47,623 bases of DNA, taken from Octopus bimaculoides (lineage: Eukaryota). Below are positions 1 through 11,759 of the stretch, in pieces (position 1 is the stretch's first letter; each line of letters begins with the position of its first letter). Both the position numbers and the translations under genes were made by a program. A model generated the notes under the pieces. The model was not told where the DNA came from. It saw only the letters and a list, made by a program, of their open reading frames with translations, and made no database searches. The stretch is taken from positions 32,183,106-32,230,728 of the forward strand of contig NC_068998.1 of assembly GCF_001194135.2 (NCBI RefSeq), in the 5' to 3' direction.

Positions 1-70
<70 letters not shown>

Positions 71-80
71 CATATATATA
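1..80. repeat. (TA)n/(TG)n microsatellite
   Basis: Directly visible dinucleotide runs. Confidence 0.95.
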
Positions 81-99
81 ATACATACATACATGCGTA

Positions 100-630
100 C
101 CCCAGTGAGTCAATCCCCACCTCATATTGCTCTCCCCTCACATCATATCATCCCCGACCATCCTGATAGCACTTTTCTCTCTTGCTACTTGGGTCCATCT
201 CACATTTTAGCCATTCTGTATCTGCTGCTATTGTTCTCCTCACCCACATGTTACAGTGGCCTTCTTCATCTCCAGAGCACCTAATTATCTCTTATGCATC
301 ATGCCTGTCTTATCTTTCAACTCCGCTGCTGCAAACACTTCAGCTCTCTCCTCTCCTCCATCAATGGTATCATTACTACAATACTGCTAGTAGCCCTGTA
401 ACCTCCCAAACTCACACCATCTCAATCCCACTAATGCTGCCCACCTCCCTCTACTACTTCTTCTATCTCTTTCTTCACACACTCTTGCAAATCTCCATTT
501 ACCTTATCATCACTGTCTATCTCCTTGGAGATTCCTCTAATTCATTCTCACTCTCACTCCTAAATGGCAGTAGCCCTGTAACTCCTACAATGAGAACCTG
601 TTCTGTTCCTGCCTCTCCCCCTCCTATATA
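100..630. repeat. Unclassified purine/pyrimidine-skewed interspersed repeat relic
   Basis: Strong C/T skew on + and an internal repeat of 'tagccctgtaac' near 390 and 570; similar skewed tracts at about 34690-35110 and 36130-36480. The ORFs here are low complexity. Confidence 0.3.
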
Positions 631-659
631 GCATACAACAGCAATATTCTTTCTCTCTG

Positions 660-890
660 GGATTGTTGCCTTGCAAGCTACATGGTGACCCCAATAGTGT
701 TGGTAGCATGAAAAATAAGCACCCAATATACACTGCAAAGTGGTTGGCATTAGGAAGGGCATCCAGCCATAGAAACTATGTCAAAACAGACACTAGAGTA
801 TGATGCAGTCCTTAACTCATTGAATCCTTGTCAAACCATCCAACCCATGGTCGTATGGAACATGGACATTAAAGGATGAGGATGATGATA
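660..890 (+). mobile_element. SINE or non-autonomous element with RTE-type 3' tail
   Basis: 'ggttggcattaggaagggcatccagccatagaaac...ccaacccatg...ggacattaaaggatgaggatgatgat' matches the 3' end of the RTE LINE at 26760-26925. Confidence 0.75.
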
Positions 891-919
891 TACATATCAT
901 GATGAGTTTCCATAAAGTC

Positions 920-1050
920 TTACCCACGAAGCACTAGTCAACTTGAAGTTGCTATAGAAGACACCTGCCCCTGGTGCCAATCATTGAGATAGAACTATAG
1001 AACTAGAAACTATCTGGTCATGAAGTGAACTCTGTATTTACACAACCTAC
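920..1050 (-). mobile_element. tRNA-headed (CORE-like) SINE fragment
   Basis: 'ctatagaagacacctgccc' and flanks resemble the copy at 29372-29735; strongly decayed. Confidence 0.5.
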
Positions 1051-1713
1051 CTGCTTATAAGATGAAAAATGATTTGGAGGTTCATTTTACCATCAGAGAC
1101 TTTGGAACAACACCATCCAGCCTGTTAGAGGAAAGGAGAGAAGAAAGATCTGTCTTTAGATATTTTCAAAACTGTTCATACACTGAGGAAGCTGAGAAAA
1201 ATTAATTGGGCTAGCGGGCAAGAAAGAAAACCTAGTTGCTATATATGTGACAGTAAAGGTCCCTTAAAGATGTAAATATGTTTTGAAAATGACATTTTTT
1301 CATAAATGTTATGTTTTAATTTTGTTCAGTTATGATGTTTTAAGTTTCTTTACTAAGCTTGTGTGTATATGCTTATGTTTATATTTTTGACATAATCACG
1401 GAAAATGAAAACTTGAGACCATCACAATTTATAAAATATTCTAATACATTATCTGTCATAAAACATTTCGTTGTTTTTTGCAGGTAAGTCATCCTAACTT
1501 TAACTTATCAAGGTGGATTACCATATTTATATAATCAGGATAGCTTGAAATAAATTGGTGATATTATCTAAAAGCAAGTAAGTTTCATATTTGTATATTT
1601 TTTATTGATTGTTTTATATCAAGATGCATGCAAATTTTTAGTGGAGTGATCTTTTGTAATATTGTTAAAAACTGAATCTTACAGATGGTCAAGTTTATTG
1701 GGAGTTCATTCAA

Positions 1714-4300
1714 ATGACTATAAGGTGACTGTACAACACTCCGTCTATATCCAGAATACTTTGCTCCTTAAGGTCCAATCCATTTAGTTGCATGGAGGTT
1801 CCAATGTGACAGAAGTAACCAACTGAAACAACAAAATTCATGTATAATTCTTGATTGTTTTTTTAACTTACACTCTTGGTTTCTAGTCTTGCCAAAGCTG
1901 AAATTGTTTTACCAAACCTAGAGTGTATTTGGTATACTTGTTACTGTCTGTATGTCCTAATCTATACATACAGTTGATAGGTGTAGGTGTAACTGTGTGG
2001 GTAAGACATTTGGTTCCCAACCACATGGTTTTGGGCTCTGTCCCACTGTGTGGCACCTTAGACAAGCATCTTCTGCTATTGCCTCAGGCCAACCAAAGCT
2101 TTATGAGTGAGTGTAGGAAGCAGAAATGCCATCGTATGTATATATGTGTGAAAGTGCTTGTGCTTCCTTTGATAGATAAGCGGGAACAGTAATTATCAAT
2201 AGAAAAGTATGACTAACTACTGTGTACAGTAAAGGCATTGAATAATTAACAATAATGGATTTGTTAGCTTGCAATATTGAGTTAAAGTCTTTCAGTGTGT
2301 TCAGAGTGAGATAACTGTCACTAATATACTCTAAAGCAGGATTACTAGAGGTCCAATCTCCTTGCAATCTCCTCCTCAGACAGTAAACACATTTCAACAT
2401 AGAAACGTTAACATCAATAATTGAATTGATTAGTGGCCAACAATAACACTTTTTGTAGAGATGTGTATTGTTGAATCTATTTAACAATCGATGACTAACA
2501 AGACTACTCAACAACTTTGCATTTTAATCATTTGATAGACCACTAAAGTTGAGGCATTAAACAAGACCATTATTTCTAAGAACATCTAAATATTTTATAA
2601 ACATACATGTACACATACACACCACACATTTTTAATGTTATGACATAAATAAACCAATATCAAGTTACAATTCAGCTGCTCTTGACTGGTAATATGAAAA
2701 CTTACTTTCTCTCACTAGTGAAAATGAAGTCATCATTTATTAATAGATATCTACAACAAACTTTATACTGTATTCTCAAGAATCATCTTACAAGGTTTCA
2801 TGTGATAATCTTAATCTGTGATAATGAGCATATCATTAATATTAATAGACATTCTTTACTTTCTCTGTAGACTTGAAAACATTTTATTAAATAGATTATT
2901 CAGGAAATGAGCTGTAATTCATAAGTTTTGCACAACATTCCAGCTACAAGGTACAGTGTTAAAATGCCACTAAATTGTTTCTCTTTGTAATATAATGTAT
3001 CAAGAACAGCTGAGTTTGGTGAATGAAAGTTTGGAAAATTATGTAGCTTATCAAGTTATATTTTTGAGAGACATTTGAACTTTGCAAAGCAATATAATTA
3101 AGTGGTTATTCGTTGTACAATGTTCTCACTGTTTATAGCTGGATTAGAAAAGTTGTGAGAAGTTACATGCCCTGACTGTAGATTCAATGAAGCGATGGTG
3201 AAGATTAGTTATGTACAAATGATAATCCAGTCAACAGTCTGGTTTCTTATTGACTAGACAAGAAAAACCTCTCATTACAATGACATAAATAGCTCATAAG
3301 CACTGTATAATTTACATAATATATCTAATATACACGACATCATATCAAAATGTAAACTACTAATAGAGTATTATATTAACACATCAGCTTACCTACACTA
3401 ACAAATATATTCACAGAGCAGCTATAACACTCTTTTAAGAATGAATGAACAATTTCAAACCTGCCATCTCAATGCAAAACTGAAATAAAAAAGAAATTTC
3501 TGTACTGGGATTATGTTATGGAGTTGTGAAGTGTGCAGCTTGACCATGTTAATAACTGGGTCTAAGAAACATACATGGGAAAACAATAAAATAATCAGAG
3601 ATTATAATTTCTTGTATGTTTCCAATTTATCAAGCTAACATTGGAACTAGCATATATTCTTAGAAATGTATGAACAGTGGGTGTTTGGTTAGAATGTAAT
3701 ATTCTCTGGTAGCAGATCTGTTATTTGTTACAATTTGTGGTTAATCAGAGAACCTGTAACTGAAAATTCAATTGCTATTACATGATATATTGTTTTATTT
3801 TTATAATACCTCTAGACACTTCTATCAATGTCTGTTCTGTGTCATCACATGGTGAACTTAAGTACAATGCTCTTTTTCATTTGATTGCTGTATATTACAC
3901 ACTGTCCATTCTGCAAATACTGTTATTTAAAATTAAGCAAACAAGTCTTGCATATATGAAATACACAATATTAATATAATTTATTCCTTATTCGAAATAT
4001 AACATTTTTCTCTATTCTTTTATTGACTGTATCTTTAATAAAGTATTTTAAAAAAATCAGCTAGTGTTCTAAATATAATTGGAAATCTATAGTATATCTG
4101 TATTTAATTTTTCTTTTCTAGCAAGCTCTGTTGAGCAAGAGGTAAACACAAGTGAGTTGAGGCTAAGAACCAATCTCAGTTCTTAGTCAAATCCAATTTA
4201 AGTACTTTACAGTTATAATATGCCATTATCATATATTTAATGGTTGTTTCAGGTGTAATATTTTCTCAAAATATATGAAGTCCATTCTTGAGTTTATTAG
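1714..4300 (+). CDS. Candidate 5' exon chain of the unidentified host gene: 1685/1714-1724, 1887-1931, 2296-2305, 3816-3851, 4122-4141, 4253-about 4300
   Basis: AG/GT-bounded exons join in phase to MTISLAKAEIVLPNLECICVFRTLLSMSVLCHHMQALLSKRCNIFSKYMKSILE. Best supported is 4122-4141 (ttaatttttcttttctag|...GAG|gtaaac). The end of the last exon is undefined and no homology was recognised. Confidence 0.3.
1985..2200 (+). mobile_element. tRNA-headed (CORE-like) SINE, partial
   Basis: 'cccaaccacatggttttgggctctgtcccactgtgtggcaccttagacaagcatcttc' matches the head of the copy at 30377-30830. Confidence 0.7.
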
Positions 4301-4911
4301 TTGTATTTGATCCAGTAATATCTCTCAACAGATGATTCCAATTTCCATTACACATGCTTGAGAAAATTTTCTCTCTTCCTACCCTAATGTAGACTGCTTA
4401 TGATCCTTGACAGAGATAAAGCAATTTCGTTTCTTTTGCAGTTCATACTATGAAATAATAAGCTTTTACTAACTGTGATATGTTTTCTATCTTTTAAAAG
4501 TGCAATTTGTATTTTGTATAATTTTTTTTTTATCTGAAGCGAAGTGGACATTGTAACTAGCAATGTCAAATCATACTTAGAGACAGTAGGGTATGATTGT
4601 TGTTAAGTTTTAAATAATGTATATGGGTGATTGAAAGAAGAAGAGGATTAAGATATAAAACAAATTTGTTGAATTAAGTGCTTCTTAAAGGGTCAGACAA
4701 GGGAGAGATATTAGTATTGATGGGAGAAAGACACACACAGTCAGTTTTAAAAGAAATGGGATTGATATGAACTGATGGATTAGGATATAGTAGGCCAGTG
4801 TGCTAATGATTGTAGTGTATTAGCATAGAATAGCTAATCAGACTTGTAACATTTTTATGTGGTTTGAAATATGTATGCATTTGTGCATAAGTGTGTGTGT
4901 ATGTGTGTATA

Positions 4912-5181
4912 CAGGGCTGGGTTTAAGCCAATTAGTTAAATTTGTTCAAATTGGGCCCCATACCAAGAGAGGGTCCCTGTGCATGTGTTTGAGCAGAGGG
5001 CACTATGATGAATTTTCAGTATACTATTGTGGCTAATGGTGGAACCTTAAGTCCTCAATGCTTTTTGGCTGGAACTGGCATACTACATGAAGCATAAAAT
5101 ATCAATCTTCAGCTTTTGTAGAGTAGAGGGTCCCACTGACAATTCTTTAACTGGGTCCTGCACTTCCTAACACTAACCTTG
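4912..5181. mobile_element. Possible degenerate hAT-like MITE
   Basis: Starts 'cagggctgggtttaag...gggcccc' and ends 'actgggtcctgcacttcctaacactaaccttg'; TIRs are imperfect and no 8-bp TSD was found. Confidence 0.3.
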
Positions 5182-6189
5182 CACACTATACTAAATATAT
5201 CAACAGTATTCTTGTGTAGAATATATCACAGACATTTCTCTTAATATCTGTTTCAAAGAAATTTTATTGTTTAATTAATTTCAGGTTGGGTTGATTGACC
5301 TAGAAGCTAGGAAGTGGAATCTGTGGCCTCAGCACCCAAGAAAACAGAGATGAAGGGAATTTTAGCTGCTGAATTAGTAGGGAAAAGATGGTAGTGGTAA
5401 TGGTAATGACAGCAACTCTGGTAATAAGGAGGAGTGGGAGGCATATAACTTATCTAGATATTAATGACTTGTAGGGATACAAGTTATGTAATCATAATAT
5501 ACTACAAAGTATATTAAATACTTTTATAAGTTGATACTGTGTTCTGCTGTGTTAGCAATGCTATTAAATCACTTGTTACAGTTATCTCTACAAATTTTCT
5601 ATAGAAATTATAGCCAGCACTATATCCACTATCCATTTTTCATCTTCTATCTCATTGTTGTTTACATTAATGTTATCTTCTAAATTCGTAGTGTCTAGAT
5701 GAGCATTACTAGTTTTTTTTTTAAATGACATTCTGTAAAAATTCATTTCAATATTAATTTGTTATGCAATAAATTATTACATGGATTTAAGGAGTAGAAC
5801 ATACAATTTCCTGTTTGTCAGACTGCTTCAAAAGAAAAAGTTAATACATTTTAAATAGAAGTAATTAAAAAGTAGAAGACATAATACATTTATTTGAGTA
5901 GGGTTTGAGTTGAAAACAATTGAAATGAATGATGAAGTAAAAGTGAGTAGATTATGTCAGAGGTAATGGAGTTATTACATTATCTGTGATGTTAAAGAAT
6001 CAGTCACTGTCTTAGATGGATATAACTGTAGTGAATAATCAGAGTGTATTGTAATAGTGGTAGACAAATAAATAAATTTAATGTTGATGAAAATGACAAT
6101 GGAATATAATGCACAAAGTTAAATGTAACTGCAAAGAAATTAAATTATGACTTATTTCATGAAAACATAAGAGATGTTAATATATATGG

Positions 6190-6335
6190 TTAAATCCTAC
6201 ACTGGGATATACTAATGTGTTTGTGTGCATGTGTGTCTGCATGCATGTGTGTCTGCATGCATGTGTGCACGTGTGTGTGCATGTATGTGTGTATGTGTGC
6301 GTGCGCACATGTGCGTGTGTGTGTGTGTGTGTATG
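6190..6335. repeat. (TG)/(CATG)-rich microsatellite mosaic
   Basis: Directly visible; explains the HTH-repeat ORF at 6190-6531. Confidence 0.85.
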
Positions 6336-6619
6336 CAATTATACTGTGCTGTTTGAGTATTATTAAGGACAGATGAGGGAATAAATTCCAATGACTGAAA
6401 TATTCCTGTAAGAAGCTACAACTCCATGTCATATTAACTTTTAAAAGACATAATGCTAGAACAATACCACACAGGTACCTTAAATTGTTGATTTTTATTC
6501 TCCATTCAAAATACCTTACAAATGAATGCAATTTAATATGAATCTATTTTAAAGTAATAGATTTAAGATTATTCTTTAATTACAAATGAAATATAAAATA
6601 TCCCCTTGTCAGGTTGTTA

Positions 6620-7813
6620 TGAGGTGGTATCAAAAAGTTCCTAACCTAGTTCTGTAGCACACCAACAGATGGCAGCATATGATTGAATGTGCAGTGTTTT
6701 TGTGATCATGTGTATGCTGTAGTCTGTGATTTTGTCATGGACAGGAAGTTGGAACAAAGAGCCAATGTGAAATTTTGCTTTCAACTTGGGGAGTCTGCTA
6801 CAGAGACATTGAGTATACTTTGGTAAGCTTACAGCGATGAGGCATTGGGTTGTACACAATGTTTTAAGTGACATGGGTGCTTTGAAAACAGACGAACATC
6901 CCTGGATGATAATGAGTGATCTGGAAACCTGCCACAAGTGTCACCCCTGGAAATGTGGAGAAACTTCATCAGCTTGTACACGACGATCATTGGAGGACAA
7001 TCAACGATATTGCTGTCCTATAGGTCTGTGCAAGCAATCCTAATGTCTGAATTAAATATGTGGCATGTCTCTGCCAAGTTTGTCCCCCACCTAGCAGAAA
7101 GAATATCGTGCCAAATTTTGTCAAGATCTCCATCAACATGCTGCTGATGACCCATCCTTCATGTCAAGGATCATCACCAGTGATGAGAGTTGTGTCTACA
7201 GATATGACCCTGAGACAAAGCCGCAGTTGTCACAATGGAAGAGGCCTTCATGTCCATGACTAAAGACACAATAGAGCTACAACTCAATCAAGAGCATGCT
7301 CATCGTTTTTTCCAACATCCCTGGTATTGTGCATCGAGAATTTGTCTCCCAGGGCCAGACCCTCAATCAAGAATTCTACTGTGACATTTTGAAGTGTCTG
7401 AAAGAGGACATTTGGTGAAAACAACCAGATCTGTGGAGCATGAAGAATTAGATTCTTCACAACAACAATGCACCATGTCATCAAGCTCTCCTCACTCATG
7501 AGTTTCTCACCAAAAACAACATAGCTTGGCTTCTGCACCCACCCTATTCACCAGATTTAGCACCTGCGGACTTCCATCTCTCTTCCCTAAAATGAAAACA
7601 CAGCTCAAAGGTCACCATTTTAACACCATTGTTGAGATCCAGTATGAATCACAGAAAACGACTCCCAGGCTGGATTCTAAAATTGGCAAGACTGATAGGA
7701 CTGGTATATTGCTGTGCAAAGTGACTATTTTGAAGGAGATTTTGTTAAAGCTTAGGTAAGTAAGTAATTTTTTATTAAACATTATAGTCCGGGAACTTTT
7801 TGATACCACCATA
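6620..7813 (+). mobile_element. Full-length dead mariner (DD34D, irritans-like)
   Basis: TIRs 'tgaggtggtatcaaaaagttcc' and 'ggaactttttgataccacc', with TA at 6618-19 and 7814-15. Relic peptides MDRKLEQRANVKFCFQLGESATET (ATG 6737), ITSDESCVYRYDPET, HNNNAPCH (catalytic D to N) and HPPYSPDLAPADFHL; many stops and frameshifts. Confidence 0.92.
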
Positions 7814-7818
7814 TAGTA

Positions 7819-9027
7819 TTGGGTTGTCTGGAAAGTGTGTGCTGATTTATAGTAACTTATCCTTCGACTTATTTTAGAAAATGGTTGAGTCCATAAAATA
7901 GGATTTGACTACACCTCCATTTAGAGCTATCTTTTCGTGGAAGAAGGTTTATGTTCCTATAATCTGTGTTAATTCTATAACTCTTTCAAATGGAAGATAA
8001 GAAAGTTCATTTTCGGCACTTGATGCTTTTCTTTTTCCGTAAAGGGAAAAATGCCTCACAAGCAACCAAAGAAATGTGTGCAGTTTACGGTGATGTTTCT
8101 TTATCCAAAAGAACTTTATGGAAGTGGTTCACAAGGTTCCGAGCTGGAGATTGTAGCCTTATTGATAAAGAACGTACAGATGATGACCAAATAAAATCAT
8201 TAATTGAGAATAACCCACATTGCACAATCCGAGAATTGGCAGAAAGCCTCAACCTATCAAAATCCGTCGTTCATGAGCACCTGGTAAAGCTTGGGTACAC
8301 AAATCGCTACGATGTTTGGGTACCACAGGAGTTGAGTGAGAAGAACCCTTTGTATCCCATTTCCATCTGTGATTCGCTTTATAAACGAAATGAAAACGTG
8401 CCTTTTTTAAAGCAAATTGTGACAGGTGATGAGAAATGGATTATCTACCGAAATGTGCAGAGAAAGCGATCCTGGAGTAAGTGACATGAGCCACCCTTAG
8501 CCACCCCAAAAGTGGGTCTTCACCCTAAAAACGTCTTGCTTTGTGTTTGGTGGGATAACCAGACAATTAATTCTGAGAAATACTGGACGAGTTAAAAGCA
8601 GCAATTCAAGAGAAACGTCCAGAATTGGCCAACAGGAAGGGTGTTGTTTTCCAACATGATAATGCAAGACCGCACGTTTCTTTGGGAACCAGACAAAAAT
8701 TGCTGCAGCTCAGCTGGGATGTATTACCCAACCCTCCATATTCACCAGATATTGCTCCTTCAGATTTCCACTTATTCAGGTCTCTGCAGAATAGTTTTAA
8801 TGGTAAAACTTTCAATTCCTTGGATGATGTAAAAAAATACTTTGATGAATTCTTTGCCATGAAACCACCTCAATTCTGGGAAGAGGGTATTTTCAAGTTA
8901 AAGGAAAGATGGAGACACATTGTGCAACAAAATGGATCATATTTGGTTGATTAAAAATATAATTGCAAGTATTTATTGACCTTTTTCTTTCCTTTAAAAA
9001 TCAACACAAACTTTCCGGACAACCCAA
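7819..9027 (+). mobile_element. Near full-length dead mariner (DD34D, different subfamily from its neighbour)
   Basis: TIRs 'ttgggttgtctggaaagt' and 'actttccggacaacccaa', with TA at 7817-18 and 9028-29. ORF pieces 7990-8484 and 8625-8954 contain WVPQEL, IVTGDEKW, QHDNARPH and YSPDIAPSDFHLF; a stop at 8482 and an internal deletion near 8555. Confidence 0.95.
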
Positions 9028-9219
9028 TAGAATATTATAAATGAATAAGTTATTGTCATATACAATGGCGATCACAAGAATATAATGAATTTTCTTTTTC
9101 TGAGTTAGATGATAAATGTTGTCATAATAGATCAATCCATGCATTCAACTATGACCTAAGTTTATCAACAAAAGACAAGAAATAACACAAAAGAAGTTGA
9201 AGTTATCTGATTAAGTCAG

Positions 9220-9499
9220 ACTTAATAAACTGTTAGAATCACTGTGGGAACATTGCATGATGGCTTTCAATAATTTCATTGCTCAGAATTTATCTTCTTG
9301 GTGGATTGTAATATATAAATATATTAATTACTGAATAAGGTATATTAATTATTGAATAATCTGTTATGTTGTTTACTTTATGCAGCCATATTCAAATCTG
9401 TGCAAACTAGCTAAATTGAAACGTTTTTTTTTTTTTTGGTGACAAGAGCTTTCAAACATTCTCAAAATATTTCTCAATGGATAAAACTTCTTAAACCAG
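9220..9499 (+). CDS. Candidate internal exons 9220-9307 and 9386-9499 of the host gene
   Basis: LNKLLESLWEHCMMAFNNFIAQNLSSWWI, then a 78-nt GT-AG intron, then PYSNLCKLAKLKR. The frame resumes as LVTRAFKHSQNISQWIKLLKP only if the T14 run is T12 or T15. Confidence 0.25.
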
Positions 9500-10765
9500 G
9501 TTGTCATCCACTATATTAGCTATATTCTTATAAAACTTGTTTAGCTCTTAACACGATATGAAAGTGTCTCTTACACATTTGAACATGGAAACACCATCTG
9601 AAGTCTTAATATTTATTTAGCACATATCCAGTAAGTGAGCCTTGTGGATTCCATAACTATACAAAAATTCCAAACTATATACACACTTGTTGCTTATAGC
9701 GTTGAGATGTGCCAACTATAGTATTCATGTACAATAAAATGGAACTGGGTTAATGAATATCAAATATTTTTGTTATGGAGACCCTGTAGCTTAAGTGTTG
9801 ATATCAAATCCTTTTGTTTTTCATCTGAATATCTCATCTAATAGAGCCATGACTATGAGAAACATACATATAGCAACGTGTAGAAATTCCACGTTTTTAA
9901 AAATCAGAATATTAAAGTATTTACATCTTCTACAACCATTAATAACTTTTAGTTATACTTATGAATGATTACTGAAACAAATCTGTTTTCTGTGGACTTT
10001 TGAAATAAACCATTTCATATCAGATGCTGCTGCTTTCTTATGTTTATTTGTTCAAATGTTTCTGCAATATGTGTTTTCTTTTATGAGTGTCCTCATCCAT
10101 TTCCTTGATTGCATTTCTACAAAAAGTGAAAATAGTTTTATAAATGATCTAAATATCATTAACCACAAATAATTGACACTGCTTTTTGAAATTTTCTGTT
10201 AGAGTAACCCATGTTTGATTCAGATATATATAAATTTGATTTTCATTTTTACCTTTTAAAAGTCAAGTGTTTTCAATTCATTTTGAAGCTACAAGGTAAA
10301 AGTAAAGTTTACTACTCGCTTTCTAATGACGTTAAGAACTTAATTTCAAGACGCAGTAAATAATTGACTTTCTCAATAATCCTTATTTCTATTCAATATG
10401 GATTCTACTTACCAATTTTCAGCAAGCTTTTTTTTAATCCACCTTCTACTGATTTGCCTTATTACCAATCTCACCACCAGCCTTTGCCCTGCTAACTTCT
10501 CACATCATCATTGTCTCTTTAGTTTACCATAGAAGTGTCAGATGACATTTATTCACTGGTGAAGGAATCTTTTTATGTATAATAAAATGCAATATGTGTC
10601 TTATTTGTCACGCTAGGTGAAGAGAAATAAAACAACAGATGGAGTGGGTGACAGTCAGAGACACTAAAGGCAGACTAACTGCATTCAAATGCTTTGATCT
10701 GAAGATGCTGATATTTTAATCAAAATAAACTTTCAAATTTTTATCGTAAATTGTATTTAGTTTAT

Positions 10766-10771
<6 letters not shown>

Positions 10772-10813
<42 letters not shown>
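10772..10813. repeat. (CA)n microsatellite
   Basis: Directly visible. Confidence 0.95.
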
Positions 10814-10816
<3 letters not shown>

Positions 10817-11094
10817 GAAATTAAATATTAAACACTATTTGCTTTCAAAATATTAGTGTTCATTCATATAACATATGTATAAATGTTATGCAAACGATTT
10901 ATACTTTCATTTTTTTCTTTTATTTTAGTTCATTTTTCCATGTTTGTCCTCTCTGATACAAGCACTTATTTTCTTTTCCAAGCATAAGATAACATATTTT
11001 ACTGATTTCATCAATCTAAAAAATGTAAACAAACATAAGTGCATGCATACACATTCACACACATGTATATGTATGGACATGTGTGGGTGTATAT

Positions 11095-11137
11095 AAATAT
11101 GTATGCATATGTATGAGCGTATGTGTGTGTGTGTATG

Positions 11138-11215
<78 letters not shown>
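11095..11215. repeat. (TG)n/(TA)n microsatellite
   Basis: Directly visible. Confidence 0.95.
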
Positions 11216-11218
<3 letters not shown>

Positions 11219-11320
11219 TTTAATCAAAAGATTAAATGTGGTACTTAAAATGTTTGAGGCACCAGAATTTGGTAGGGTAAAATCCAAAAACAAAATCAAG
11301 AGATTTGGTGAATAAAATTG

Positions 11321-11735
11321 GAAGAAAAGCAACAAAAATTCAATAGGTTATAGCAGTACGTACGTTTCGTACAAACTTCATTTATTTATGTTGTGAGAAG
11401 ACCACATAAAATGTACAATGAAAATGTACTCCTCAGCTGCATAATGGAATTTCATTTTAGAAAATCATTTAGTAGATGTGTGCAAAAACAAGAGTAGAAG
11501 AAGAAGAAAATACCATCTTGACTGGGCTGCCAATCAACAGTGGTATTTTCTTCTTCTCCTACTCTTGTTTTTGCACACATCTACAAAATGACTTTCTAAA
11601 ATGAAATTCCATTATGCAGCTGAAGAGTACATTTTCATTGCACATTTTATGTGGTCTTCTCACTACATAAATAAATAAAGTTTGTACGAAACGTACATAC
11701 TGCTATAACCTATTGAATTTTTGTTGCTTTTCTTC
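11321..11735. repeat. Long inverted repeat (195-bp arms, 25-bp spacer); foldback or palindromic MITE-like
   Basis: Arm 11321-11515 is the reverse complement of arm 11541-11735, with 8 substitutions and no indels by manual alignment. Confidence 0.95.
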
Positions 11736-11759
11736 AAATATATATATATATATATATAA

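Noticed and set aside
54-762. ORFs 54-284, 182-631 and 517-762
   Set aside because: Low-complexity products of a pyrimidine-skewed repeat and a SINE; no recognisable domain.
5585-5735. Minus-strand frame MSFKKKTSNAHLDTTNLEDNINVNNNEIEDEKWIVDIVLAIISIENL
   Set aside because: Protein-like only because the strand is purine-rich; there is no donor before the stop and it does not chain to other exons.
10925-11335. 136-aa and 70-aa ORFs with YIYIYI runs (similar cases at 6190, 37003-37548, 39244-39545, 40467-40995, 41375-41679 and 45311-46158)
   Set aside because: Microsatellite and N-gap artefacts that lack stop codons.
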